64,000 nt of DNA, taken from positions 9,214 through 73,213 of the forward strand of contig JARLIA010000005.1 of assembly GCA_031291955.1 (NCBI GenBank), in the 5' to 3' direction. The position numbers and the translations under genes are program-made. How positions within the stretch are numbered: the first letter of the stretch is position 1; the number at the start of each line of letters is the position of its first letter. Below, piece after piece: positions 56,258 through 64,000 of this stretch. The notes beneath the pieces were generated by a model. It did no database searches, was not told the DNA's origin, and saw only the letters and a program-made list of their open reading frames with translations. Source of the DNA: Minisyncoccota bacterium. GTDB lineage: Bacteria; Patescibacteriota; Minisyncoccia; Moranbacterales; UBA2206.

Positions 56258-56283
56258 AAAAGACTCGCTCAGGTCTTGAGCGA
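56258..56283 (-). terminator. intrinsic terminator after efp
   Basis: Hairpin gactcgctcaggtcttgagcgagtc, followed by a U-run in minus sense. Confidence 0.55.
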
Positions 56284-56304
56284 GTCTTGCTGATTTTATG
56301 GTTC

Positions 56305-56862
56305 TTAGGCCCGTCCCACGTATTCGCCGCGTTCGGTGTTCACGATGATCTCATCGCTCTCATTGACAAAGAGAGGAGCGGAGACTTTAAGTCCGGTTTC
56401 CAAGGTTACGACTTTACCGCCGGTGGAAACAGTGTTGCCGCGGACGCCGGGCGGCGCTTCGATCACTTTCAAAGTCACCTTTACCGGCAGTTCAATGTTG
56501 ATTGGTTGGCCGTTGAAATTTAGGAGGGTCACTTCAGTGCCTTCCTTGAGATAATTCACATTGTTACCCAGTGCTTCGGAGGACAGTGAGAACTGTTCGT
56601 AGTTATCGTTATCCATGAAATTATAATCATCGCCTTCGCGGTAGGTGTATTGCGCTTTAGATTTGGCAATGTCCGCCTCATAGACGGCCTCCGATCCTTG
56701 GAAAGTTTTTTCCTGGACCGCGCCGGTAATCAGGTTTTTGAGTTTGGTACGCAAAACCGCTCCGGGTCGGCCGGTTTTGGAATGTTCATGATGGACGACT
56801 ACATAAGGCGTGTCGTTCCACAAGATATTTTTTCCAGTTTTGATGTCGGAAAGAGAAAGCAT
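56305..56862 (-). CDS. efp: elongation factor P
   Basis: 185 aa. KTGKNILWNDTPYVVV...GRPGAVLRTKLKNL includes the conserved beta3-beta4 loop. Confidence 0.95.
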   Translation of the reverse strand: MLSLSDIKTGKNILWNDTPYVVVHHEHSKTGRPGAVLRTKLKNLITGAVQEKTFQGSEAVYEADIAKSKAQYTYREGDDYNFMDNDNYEQFSLSSEALGNNVNYLKEGTEVTLLNFNGQPINIELPVKVTLKVIEAPPGVRGNTVSTGGKVVTLETGLKVSAPLFVNESDEIIVNTERGEYVGRA

Positions 56863-56945
56863 ATTAGCATTTTAGCATATTAACATTTTAACAATAAAAA
56901 CTTAGCATATTGCTGATATGCTGACATGCTAAAATGTTAACATGA
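56863..56945. repeat. AT-rich TTAGCAT/ATGCTAA palindromic element, copy c (between rpsR and efp)
   Basis: attagcattttagcatattaacattttaacaat...atgctaaaatgttaacatg. It abuts the efp ATG. Confidence 0.55.
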
Positions 56946-56948
56946 AAA

Positions 56949-57167
56949 TTATTTGACGACGAATGGCACAAGTGCCATTGAACGGGCTTTTTTGATGGCG
57001 TTGGCCAAGGTTCGCTGATGGCGGGCGCAAGTGCCGTGCCTCTTGGGCGGATAGATTTTGCCCTGCGAGTTCATGAAGCGACGCAAAAGATAAGCGTCTT
57101 TGAAATCGATCTTATCCATCTTGTGCTGGCAGAAATAGCAAAGCTTTTTTTCTTGTTGAATTTCCAT
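56949..57167 (-). CDS. rpsR: 30S ribosomal protein S18
   Basis: CYFCQHKMDKIDFKDAYLLRRFMNSQGKIYPPKRHGTCARHQRTLANAIKKAR. Confidence 0.9.
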   Translation of the reverse strand: MEIQQEKKLCYFCQHKMDKIDFKDAYLLRRFMNSQGKIYPPKRHGTCARHQRTLANAIKKARSMALVPFVVK

Positions 57168-57226
57168 AAGTATTTACCGCATCAAGTTAAAAGTCTAACT
57201 TTTAACTTTTACTTTTTAACTTTTAA

Positions 57227-57736
57227 CTAGAATGGTACGTCTTCAATTCTCACTTCTTCCTCTTCGTCCAAATCGATGGTCGGCAATTGTTCGGCCGGGA
57301 CTTCCGGGGCGGGAGCGGCTTGGGGTCTGGCCGGTGCCGGATTTTGCGGAGTGTTGTAATTATTTCCAGCCGGAGCGAAGTTTCCCGCGCCTGATTCATA
57401 GGCGCTTCGGGGCTTGGCGCCGAGTTGCATATTTTCGACCACGATATCCGTCCGGTAGCGGTCGACGCCGCTCTTGTCGGAGTATTTAGTGGTTTGGAGA
57501 CGACCCTCAAAATAGGCTTCCTGGCCCTTGATCAGATATTGGCCGGCGATTTCGCCCAGTCTTCCCCAGAGAACCAAGTTGTGGAATTCGGTCTTCTCCT
57601 GCTTCTGTCCATTTTTATCTTTCCAGGTGTGACTGGTGGCGAGAGATACCGAGGCGACGGTCTGGCCGGAGGGCGTAGTCCGCACTTCCGGATCGCGCGT
57701 CAGCCGTCCGACGAGCATGACTTTGTTGACATTCAT
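57227..57736 (-). CDS. ssb: single-stranded DNA-binding protein
   Basis: OB fold MNVNKVMLVGRLTRDPEVR...LWGRLGE, a P/Q/A-rich linker, and the acidic tail ending DVPF. Confidence 0.9.
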   Translation of the reverse strand: MNVNKVMLVGRLTRDPEVRTTPSGQTVASVSLATSHTWKDKNGQKQEKTEFHNLVLWGRLGEIAGQYLIKGQEAYFEGRLQTTKYSDKSGVDRYRTDIVVENMQLGAKPRSAYESGAGNFAPAGNNYNTPQNPAPARPQAAPAPEVPAEQLPTIDLDEEEEVRIEDVPF

Positions 57737-57807
57737 AATATTCTCGTAACGCGAAACGTGGAGCGCGAAACGGAGTCGTTACGCGTTATGTGTTACGCGT
57801 TTTGCGA

Positions 57808-58365
57808 TTAGATATTAAGTATTTCTTCCAATTTTTTGTCAATGTCTTCGTTTTGCTTTTTCTGGTCTTCCTCGCTTTTTTCTTCGGGAGCTTCTTCTTG
57901 GAGCGTTTCGGCAGCTGGCTTCTCTTTTGGAGCTGCTTCAACGGTTTCCTTTTTCTTTTCAATCGGCTTCACTTCGGTCGGTGCTTTTTCTTTGGCTGTC
58001 TTTTCTTCTTTTCTTCTTTGCGGCGCGCTTTCTTTTTGGAGTGCTTCATTGATCCTTTCTTCTTTGGTTTTCAGTTCCGGCAGTTCCGAAGCCCGGCTCA
58101 AGAGGAAGCGTAGAACTCCACCGTTCAGATTAAGCTTGCTGCTTATGTCATTCAAACTCTCCGCGTTCTCCAGCTCGAACCGAGAAGCGACATAGACGCC
58201 GTGGGTGTCGTGCTTGATCTTGTAGGCCAACTTTCTTTTCTCCTGGGTTTCTTTCTCCTCAAAAACCCCGCCGGCTTCGGTGACCAGCTTCTTGATTTCC
58301 GCTTTCACTTTTTCGACTTCGGCTTCCTTGGAACCGCTGATGAGGTAAAACAGTTCGTATCTCAT
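57808..58365 (-). CDS. rpsF: 30S ribosomal protein S6 with a long K/E-rich C-terminal extension
   Basis: MRYELFYLISGSKEAEVEKV...HGVYVASRFE. It sits in the conserved rpsF-ssb-rpsR order. Confidence 0.9.
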   Translation of the reverse strand: MRYELFYLISGSKEAEVEKVKAEIKKLVTEAGGVFEEKETQEKRKLAYKIKHDTHGVYVASRFELENAESLNDISSKLNLNGGVLRFLLSRASELPELKTKEERINEALQKESAPQRRKEEKTAKEKAPTEVKPIEKKKETVEAAPKEKPAAETLQEEAPEEKSEEDQKKQNEDIDKKLEEILNI

Positions 58366-58398
58366 ATTATCATTTTAACATATTAACATTTAAACAAA
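58366..58398. repeat. AT-rich TTAACAT element, half-copy d, at the rpsF start
   Basis: The minus-sense sequence gtttaaatgttaatatgttaaaatgataatATG leads directly into rpsF. Confidence 0.5.
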
Positions 58399-58402
58399 AA
58401 CC

Positions 58403-58432
58403 GCCGACAGAAAGTCCTTGGCGGATGATTTT
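58403..58432 (-). terminator. terminator/attenuator-like hairpin 5' of rpsF
   Basis: The minus-sense sequence ccgccaaggactttctgtcggcgg followed by UUUUUG lies immediately upstream of the AT-rich leader element. Confidence 0.4.
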
Positions 58433-58700
58433 CCTCTTATCTCACCTCGCCGAAGCTTTAGCGCAGGCGGGTCGGTATGTCTTAGCATACCGGTCCGCTT
58501 CTGTCCAAAAGACTACAGCGTGACAAGCGAGAGGAAAGTGGGACTTTCTAGGTTGGTTAAATTGTAGTTGTTATTTCGCTATCCGTCAATATTGACAGGA
58601 AATGTCTTTTGTGATAGGGTGATATGATTGCTGGAAATGACCGGCAATCGAGGAAAAAGAAGTTTTTTTAAAACATTTTTTAAGAAAAAAGGAGAAAACG

Positions 58701-59726
58701 ATGAGTAACGCCATCGGAGCAGAAGCGGCCAAATTGGCTGGTCTGCAAATCGACACACTTACAAAGCTCCGCAAGGGGGAAGTGACTCTTAGTGAGTGGG
58801 AATGGTTTCTTAATCTCACTAAAGAAAAGCGGAACGAGCTCTCAGGGATTTCCGTCCCTGCAAAAAACCTCAACCTAAAAAAGTTTCTGATCTGGCTCAA
58901 AAAAAATGAACTGGAACAGAAGCTTCCGGGTGGATTGATAGAGCAGATTGCCGAACAGGAAATTTTCTATCGCCGGTTTTATGGTTCGGATTTCCGTATC
59001 GACCTTAAGAAAATCTCCATCAATCCTCGCAGGTTGCCGGCTATCAAGGCCGGACTGGAAGCGGGCTGTGTCAACTACGCGCTCGTCAAGGCCACGCCAG
59101 TTTTATTTGGCGCTCAACCACTGATGACTGGCGCGGAGTTTTTTTATGAACTGATCGTAAAATGGCTTCGGAAAGAGGACTTTAAAATTTGGGCGGAGAC
59201 CGGCACAGATCGGTGGACGAAACTCACTCTTTTGGAGTTGCTCCAGCGATGCCATCCCGTTGAACCGGAAGTCTTCAACGGAGAAGCCTTCAAGGTCGAC
59301 TGGGCGAAGGAAGAAATACGTGTCATTGACAAAATAGTGCCTTCGTCCAAGGTGATGACCGGCATAGTTGATCTGGTTTTTACAAATGACGCCGTGGATA
59401 TCCCCGCCGACCAGACCATTGTCAACAAGGATGGTCAGATCGTGAAACTTTCTGATCGCTCGTACATTTCGGCGATCGAGCAGAAAGTGCGAGTTCTTTC
59501 GCAGGAAGAGGGAATAGTCTTGGCGAGCCAACTTTTCGCCAGAGACAAAACCTATCTCGCTCCCGATACTTGGGAGTGGAGAAGGGATGTTATCGACCAT
59601 CGTGACAAAGGCACGAGTCCCGGTGTTTCGATTGGCGTTTCCAGTTCGCACGTCGTCGAGCTCCTCCTCAGCTCCCGCGATGCCGACGGCTCCTTCGGCA
59701 GCGGCCGGTTGCGTCTCGCTCTATGA
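58701..59726 (+). CDS. DGR target (variable) protein
   Basis: 341 aa, no signal peptide. The last 33 codons (VR, 59624-59723) correspond to the Asn-codon-rich TR. Confidence 0.7.
   Translation: MSNAIGAEAAKLAGLQIDTLTKLRKGEVTLSEWEWFLNLTKEKRNELSGISVPAKNLNLKKFLIWLKKNELEQKLPGGLIEQIAEQEIFYRRFYGSDFRIDLKKISINPRRLPAIKAGLEAGCVNYALVKATPVLFGAQPLMTGAEFFYELIVKWLRKEDFKIWAETGTDRWTKLTLLELLQRCHPVEPEVFNGEAFKVDWAKEEIRVIDKIVPSSKVMTGIVDLVFTNDAVDIPADQTIVNKDGQIVKLSDRSYISAIEQKVRVLSQEEGIVLASQLFARDKTYLAPDTWEWRRDVIDHRDKGTSPGVSIGVSSSHVVELLLSSRDADGSFGSGRLRLAL
59624..59723 (+). repeat. DGR variable repeat (VR)
   Basis: tgtttcgattggcgtttccagttcgcacgtcgtcgag...ccggttgcgtctcgctcta. The 3' 22 nt are identical to the TR, which is an IMH-like end. 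Confidence 0.85.
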
Positions 59727-59740
59727 TTTCGGGTTCAGAT

Positions 59741-59831
59741 TTCCCGCCGCAGGCGGGAAGGATTTTCTCGCGAAGCGAGAAAGGATTCCGGATTGATTCT
59801 TCACCCCGCAGAAACATTGCGGGGTTTTTTT
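59741..59831 (+). promoter_or_regulatory. post-VR hairpins (ttcccgcc-GCAG-ggcgggaa; tctcgc-gaa-gcgaga) plus an intrinsic terminator ccccgca-gaaacat-tgcgggg-T7
   Basis: The 8-bp GC stem with a 4-nt loop 17 nt after the VR mirrors the hairpin/cruciform needed for target recognition in the Bordetella phage DGR. Confidence 0.55.
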
Positions 59832-60054
59832 ATATCAAAATATTCTTGAGAGGAAAAAAATATGCTAGAATAACTTTGAGTTCAGCAGGATTTTCGTACG
59901 CGGAATCCTCCTCATACAAAACCCGAAGTTCAGCGCGGTTTCAGGGACGGAGAAAAATTAAATTATGTTAGCGTCCAAACGGAGTTCCGAAACAACGGAA
60001 TATAAAAAGAAGAGCGATCTTCTTTTTGAAATCAAGGACGGAACAGCGCTATTT

Positions 60055-60154
60055 TGTTTCGATTGGCATTTCCAATTCGAACGACAACGAGCTCAACCTC
60101 AACTCCCACGATGCCGACAACTCCAACAGCAACAACCGGTTGCGTCTCGCTCTA
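60055..60154 (+). repeat. DGR template repeat (TR)
   Basis: tgtttcgattggcatttccaattcgaacgacaacgagctcaacctcaactcccacgatgccgacaactccaacagcaacaaccggttgcgtctcgctcta is rich in AAC. All 18 mismatches to the VR fall on TR adenines. Confidence 0.85.
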
Positions 60155-60424
60155 ACACTTCGGGCCTTTTGTTTTCAGCCACTTTCCGATATCTTTTCCA
60201 ATGGAAGCGATAATTTCAAAATGAGCCGAATACCAACCACGGGAAATTAATTTTTTATCCACAGAGATTCGCAAAGATTTTTTAAATAAGTCAAAATTAG
60301 CGCTGGCTAAAGAGAGGTATGTCGGGCTATAAATCGAAATTAATGCGGCCTTGTGTGCATCGTTAAGAAATTCTAAAATTTCTTTTCCCAAGAGATTTTT
60401 ATCTAGTTTGGGAAAATTTTTCAC
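60152..60424 (-). CDS. hypothetical ORF between TR and RT. It could be an Avd-like helical accessory protein, but it is on the opposite strand and has a GTG start
   Basis: 90 aa, predicted all-helical and basic. No strong motif. Confidence 0.2.
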   Translation of the reverse strand: MKNFPKLDKNLLGKEILEFLNDAHKAALISIYSPTYLSLASANFDLFKKSLRISVDKKLISRGWYSAHFEIIASIGKDIGKWLKTKGPKC

Positions 60425-60500
60425 GCTGTCATAACAATCTGAATATAGTTTTTCGAGATTGATAAATAATCTAGGTTTGTTATCTTTATGAACAACATCA

Positions 60501-61538
60501 GTGCCGGAAACTCCGTTGGGGGGGGGCTTTAAAAGGAACGTTTGTCATAGTATTTTCGATGAAATTATTAGCCTGGAAAACTTATTTCTGGCTTGGCGGG
60601 AATTTCGAGAGGGGAAAAGAAAGAAACCGGATGTTCAAAAATTCGAGTTCGATCTCGAAGATAAGCTATTTCAGTTGCACCGTGAATTAAAAGATAAAAC
60701 CTACAAACATTCCCATTATACCGCGTTTAACGTCTGCGATCCAAAACTGCGGCGGATTCATAAAGCGTGCGTCAGAGATCGCGTTCTTCATCACGCTATT
60801 TTTCGAATCATTTATCCTATTTTTGACAAGACTTTCATTTTTGATTCCTATTCCTGTTGAAGCGAAAAAGGAACGCATCGAGCAGTTTTAAGATTGGAAC
60901 AATTCTGCCGAAAGGCTAGCCGAAATAATCATAGAAATATTTTTGCGCTTAAATTAGATATTAAAAAATTCTTTAATTCCATCGACCAAGAAATATTATT
61001 GAAGCTTATTCAAAAGAAAGTTGATGACAAAGATGCCGTTTGGCTGGTTGAGAGGATAATTGGAAGTTTCGAACCGGGCTTGCCACTGGGAAATGTGACC
61101 AGCCAGATATTTTCCAATATTTATCTCAATGAACTTGATTGGTTCATCAAGCACAAATTAAAAATCAAATATTATCTACGTTATTGCGATGATTTTATAA
61201 TTTTGTCTGAAGATAAAGAATGCTTAGAAAAATTAATCCAGAAAGTTGGCGATTTTTTGGAAGAAGATTTAAAATTAACGCTCCATCCTGATAAAATAAT
61301 AATCAGGAAATGGAAACGGGGGATTGATTTTTTGGGTTACGTCGCTTTGCCGCATTATCGGGTATTGAGAACAAAAACAAAGAAAAGAATATTGAAAAAA
61401 ATTAAACAAAAAAAGTTAAGTCTGGACAAAAAAATGATTTCTCAAAAATCTTTCGAGACTAGCGTGCAATCATATTTTGGCGTTTTGAAACATTGCCGGG
61501 GATATAAAATCAAGAAAAAAATCAATTTTATATCTTAA
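60501..61538 (+). pseudogene. DGR reverse transcriptase, interrupted by an in-frame TGA at 60858-60860, with a G9 tract at codons 6-9
   Basis: RT motifs: 1/2 RRIHKACVRDRVLHHAIF; 3 ALKLDIKKFFNSI; 4 GLPLGNVTSQIFSNIYL (DGR-type [ILV]GxxxSQ); 5 YLRYCDDFII; 6/7 LHPDKIIIRKWKRGIDFLGY. The frame is the same on both sides of the TGA (...FDSYSC*SEKGTHRAV). The homopolymer g9 is at 60518-60526. Confidence 0.75.
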
Positions 61539-62592
61539 ATTCAATCACATCCCCATCCTGCACGATATATTCCTTCCCTTCCAGCCGCAATCTACCCATT
61601 TCTCTGGCTTTGCTCCACGAGCCGATTTCGAGCAGTTTATCCCAAGCAATCACTTCGGCGCGGATGAAGCGGTCTTTGAAATCATTGTGGATGGCGGCAC
61701 CAGCCAATGGAGCGGTCGAATCCTTTTTGATGGTCCAAGCACGCGACTCGTCTTCGCCGGTGGTGAGGAAAGTAATCAATCCCAAGGTGTAATATGCTTT
61801 GACGATGAGCGCTTCCAAATTTGATTTGATTTCCAATTCGGCCGCTTCTTCGGCGCTCATTTCCAACAATTCTTCTTCGATTTTAATGTCTAAACATAGA
61901 TGATTAAATTTCTTCAATTCTTCCGGTAGGGACAGGTCGCGACCTGTCCCTACCGGAGAATCGGATACGTTAAAAACATAAATAAACGGTTTCATGGTCA
62001 GCAGTGACAATTCGCGGATGATCTGTCCGGTGTTTTCTTCTGTTAGATCCAGGGAAACGGCATTGGCTAATTTTCCTTCTTCCAATATTTTCTGGATCTT
62101 ATCAACCGCCTCCAGCTGCATATCAGCTCCCTTTTTGTTGCTGCGGACATCTTTTTCCAAACGCGTTTTCACCTTTTTGACCGTTTCCAAATCGGCCAAA
62201 ATCAGTTCGGTATTAATCACCTCGATGTCGCTCGTCGGATCGATCTGATTATGGACGTGAATAATATTCGGATTTTGGAATGCCCGCACCACTTGGACAA
62301 TGGCGTCCACCTCGCGGATGTTGGCCAGGAATTTGTTGCCCAAGCCTTCGCCGGTGGCGGCGCCTTTCACTAGTCCCGCGATATCCACGAATTCCACCAC
62401 GGCCGGTACGATCTTTTTCGATTTTGACATCGCGGCCAATTTTAAAAGGCGTTCATCCGGGACTTTGACGATGCCGACGTTCGGTTCAATGGTGCAGAAC
62501 GGATAGTTATTGATGTCCACTGGTGTCCGGGTGAGCGCCTTAAACAAGGTTGATTTTCCGACATTGGGAAGGCCGACGATGCCGATTTTCAT
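61528..62592 (-). CDS. ychF: ribosome-binding ATPase YchF (Obg-family GTPase fold + TGS domain)
   Basis: [21 protein letters not shown]... and the TGS C-terminus ...[16 protein letters not shown]. It contains a perfect 34-bp palindrome at 61923-61956. Confidence 0.9.
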   Translation of the reverse strand: MKIGIVGLPNVGKSTLFKALTRTPVDINNYPFCTIEPNVGIVKVPDERLLKLAAMSKSKKIVPAVVEFVDIAGLVKGAATGEGLGNKFLANIREVDAIVQVVRAFQNPNIIHVHNQIDPTSDIEVINTELILADLETVKKVKTRLEKDVRSNKKGADMQLEAVDKIQKILEEGKLANAVSLDLTEENTGQIIRELSLLTMKPFIYVFNVSDSPVGTGRDLSLPEELKKFNHLCLDIKIEEELLEMSAEEAAELEIKSNLEALIVKAYYTLGLITFLTTGEDESRAWTIKKDSTAPLAGAAIHNDFKDRFIRAEVIAWDKLLEIGSWSKAREMGRLRLEGKEYIVQDGDVIEFKI

Positions 62593-62728
62593 AGAAGTTG
62601 ATTATTGTGGGTGATGCTATTACCATATAATAGTATTATGATTGAGGCAAATAGTGTGAAATTTTAAATTTTAAATTTAAAATCAAATTAAAATTCATTT
62701 CAAATTTATAATTTAAAATTATCTCGCC

Positions 62729-63274
62729 ATGCTTCTTAAACGCAGCTTCTACAATCGCCACACTCTCCAGGTCGCCCGCGATCTCTTGGGCTGTTTTTTG
62801 GTAAGAAAATACAAAGGGAAAATTATCCGTGCCATGATCACCGAAACGGAAGCTTATCGCGGGGAATATGATCTGGCCAGTCACGCTTCCAAGGGACGGA
62901 CGGAAAGGACAGAAGCCATGTATGGTGCGCCGGGCCATGCCTATATTTACATGATCTACGGAATGTATTTTATGTTGAACGTCGTGACGGAAGAAAAAGA
63001 TTTTCCGGCGGCGGTCTTGATTCGTGCTGTTAAAACCGTAGGGGGCAAAAATTTTTGCTCCCTACGGCTGGATGGGCCGGGGAAATTAACGAAATATTTA
63101 CATATTGATAAATCCCTGAACGGCCACAATCTGACCCGCGGCGATAAATTGTGGATTGAATGTCCGGCGGAGAAGAAGAAATATAAAATAACAAGATCCC
63201 CGCGGCGGAGGATCGAGTATGCCAAACATTGTAAGGATTGGAAATGGAATTTCCAGATTAGCGCATTGGACTAG
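62729..63274 (+). CDS. DNA-3-methyladenine glycosylase (Mpg/AAG family)
   Basis: ITETEAYRGEYDLASHASKGRTERTEAMYGAPGHAYIYMIYGMYFMLNVV is the family core. Confidence 0.85.
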   Translation: MLLKRSFYNRHTLQVARDLLGCFLVRKYKGKIIRAMITETEAYRGEYDLASHASKGRTERTEAMYGAPGHAYIYMIYGMYFMLNVVTEEKDFPAAVLIRAVKTVGGKNFCSLRLDGPGKLTKYLHIDKSLNGHNLTRGDKLWIECPAEKKKYKITRSPRRRIEYAKHCKDWKWNFQISALD

Positions 63275-63585
63275 CTGAGCAACAATTCCTCAACTCTTTC
63301 GGCTAGAAATTTCGCTTTCCCTTTTTCCAAATTTTCCGCTTCTTCTTCTGTTTTGGCGGCGGATAGTTCTCCTGCCCATTTGTCCTTATATACCCTTAAG
63401 GCGTAAGCGATCTTTTCTCCCAGTTCATCGTCGCTTAGTTCTTTGGCGGTCACTGATTCGTTTTCTTTTAGCAGAGCAAGAGTTTTTTCCGTAATTCTGC
63501 CCCAGACGGTCACTTCTGGGACGTCGCTTTCCCTGTACTGTCGGCTGGGCATTTTCTCTTTTCTGCCGAAGCTCATATTTTCCAT
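63271..63585 (-). CDS. hypothetical acidic protein
   Basis: 104-aa ORF, helical and E/K-rich. It overlaps the glycosylase stop by 4 nt. Confidence 0.4.
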   Translation of the reverse strand: MENMSFGRKEKMPSRQYRESDVPEVTVWGRITEKTLALLKENESVTAKELSDDELGEKIAYALRVYKDKWAGELSAAKTEEEAENLEKGKAKFLAERVEELLLS

Positions 63586-63709
63586 ATGGATTTTTATTAA
63601 GGTTTAACAAATTCATTTTCTCATACGCCCGCTTTTGTGTAAAGCCGGCTCAATTGGAAATTTAGAGCGGATTTTGCTAGAATAAAGAGGTAATTGGTAA
63701 TTTATATTT

Positions 63710-64000
63710 ATGGAAAAAACCATCAATGCGTCAATTTTTAAGGCGTATGATATTCGGGGAATTTATCCGCAAGACATGGACGAGAAAACGGCCTATAACA
63801 TCGGTCGCGCGTTAGTGGTCCACACCCGGGCCAAAAAAATTTCGGTCGGATATGACATGCGGACCTCGTCGCCGGCTTTGGAAGCGGGACTGATCAAGGG
63901 CATAATCGACCAGGGCGCCGATGTAGTGAAAATCGGATTGGCCAGCACTCCCTTGGTTTATTTCTCTTCCTGGAATTTAGATGTGGACGCGGCGGTCGCC
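63710..64000 (+). CDS. glmM: phosphoglucosamine mutase/phosphohexomutase, N-terminus (runs off the window edge)
   Basis: MEKTINASIFKAYDIRGIYPQDMDEKTAYNIGRALV...SVGYDMRTSSP is the alpha-D-phosphohexomutase domain I. Confidence 0.8.
   Translation, partial: MEKTINASIFKAYDIRGIYPQDMDEKTAYNIGRALVVHTRAKKISVGYDMRTSSPALEAGLIKGIIDQGADVVKIGLASTPLVYFSSWNLDVDAAVA

Larger units (their letters stand above)
58701..61538 (+). mobile_element. diversity-generating retroelement (DGR) cassette: target gene with VR, hairpins, TR, and the RT gene
   Basis: The 100-bp VR/TR pair differs at 18 positions, and every one is an adenine in the TR. A GC-rich hairpin and a terminator follow the VR. The RT carries the DGR-type motif LGNVTSQ. 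Confidence 0.85.

Noticed and set aside
59723-59971. An 82-aa plus-strand ORF between the VR and the TR, as a candidate avd.
   Set aside because: It spans the post-VR hairpins and the intrinsic terminator, and it has no helical-bundle character.

Overview
This is a moderately AT-rich bacterial segment whose gene content and style look like a Candidate Phyla Radiation (Patescibacteria-like) genome. That call is inference from several things: many genes have no Shine-Dalgarno sequence, there are several giant secreted repeat proteins, peptidoglycan and lipoprotein genes (Mur ligase, Lgt), a DGR, and a compact translation and trans-translation island. Gene order, low to high coordinate:
- A metal/redox group: thioredoxin (partial), csoR, a ZIP transporter and two VOC proteins.
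- Cold-shock-type genes: a DEAD-box helicase, CspA and, further on, an RRM protein with a consensus promoter.
- An ABC-F ATPase and an FAD oxidoreductase.
- An orphan response regulator.
- A block of about 14.5 kb carrying an RND pump with its adaptor, a MarR-controlled heterodimeric ABC exporter, a DipZ-like disulfide reductase, a recombinase remnant, a lipoprotein and a B12 radical-SAM enzyme. The block ends at tRNA-Asn and is bracketed by an imperfect 62-bp direct repeat that includes the tRNA 3' end.
- A cysteine-rich zinc-ribbon peptide gene.
- A thioredoxin-like pair.
- An aminotransferase and a truncated MurF-like protein.
- A long run of giant secreted proteins: beta-helix, SGNH, LysM, FN3, dockerin-like, tandem-repeat and beta-propeller types. 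Lgt, a GH5-like hydrolase and a C39-like peptidase sit among them.
- TrmH and a HAD hydrolase.
- A translation island on the minus strand: infC (non-AUG start), rpmI, rplT, tmRNA, smpB, efp, rpsR, ssb, rpsF.
- A diversity-generating retroelement (DGR): the target gene has a C-terminal VR, and the TR differs from it at 18 of 100 positions, every one an adenine in the TR. There are hairpins after the VR. The RT has the DGR-type LGxxxSQ motif, but its gene is broken by an in-frame TGA and carries a G9 tract at its 5' end.
- ychF, a 3-methyladenine glycosylase and the start of glmM.
Two small repeat families stand out. One is a GC-rich palindromic element inserted in-frame into two unrelated CDS. 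The other is an AT-rich palindromic element built from TTAACAT/ATGTTAA heptads, found immediately 5' of rplT, efp and rpsF and at one other site.
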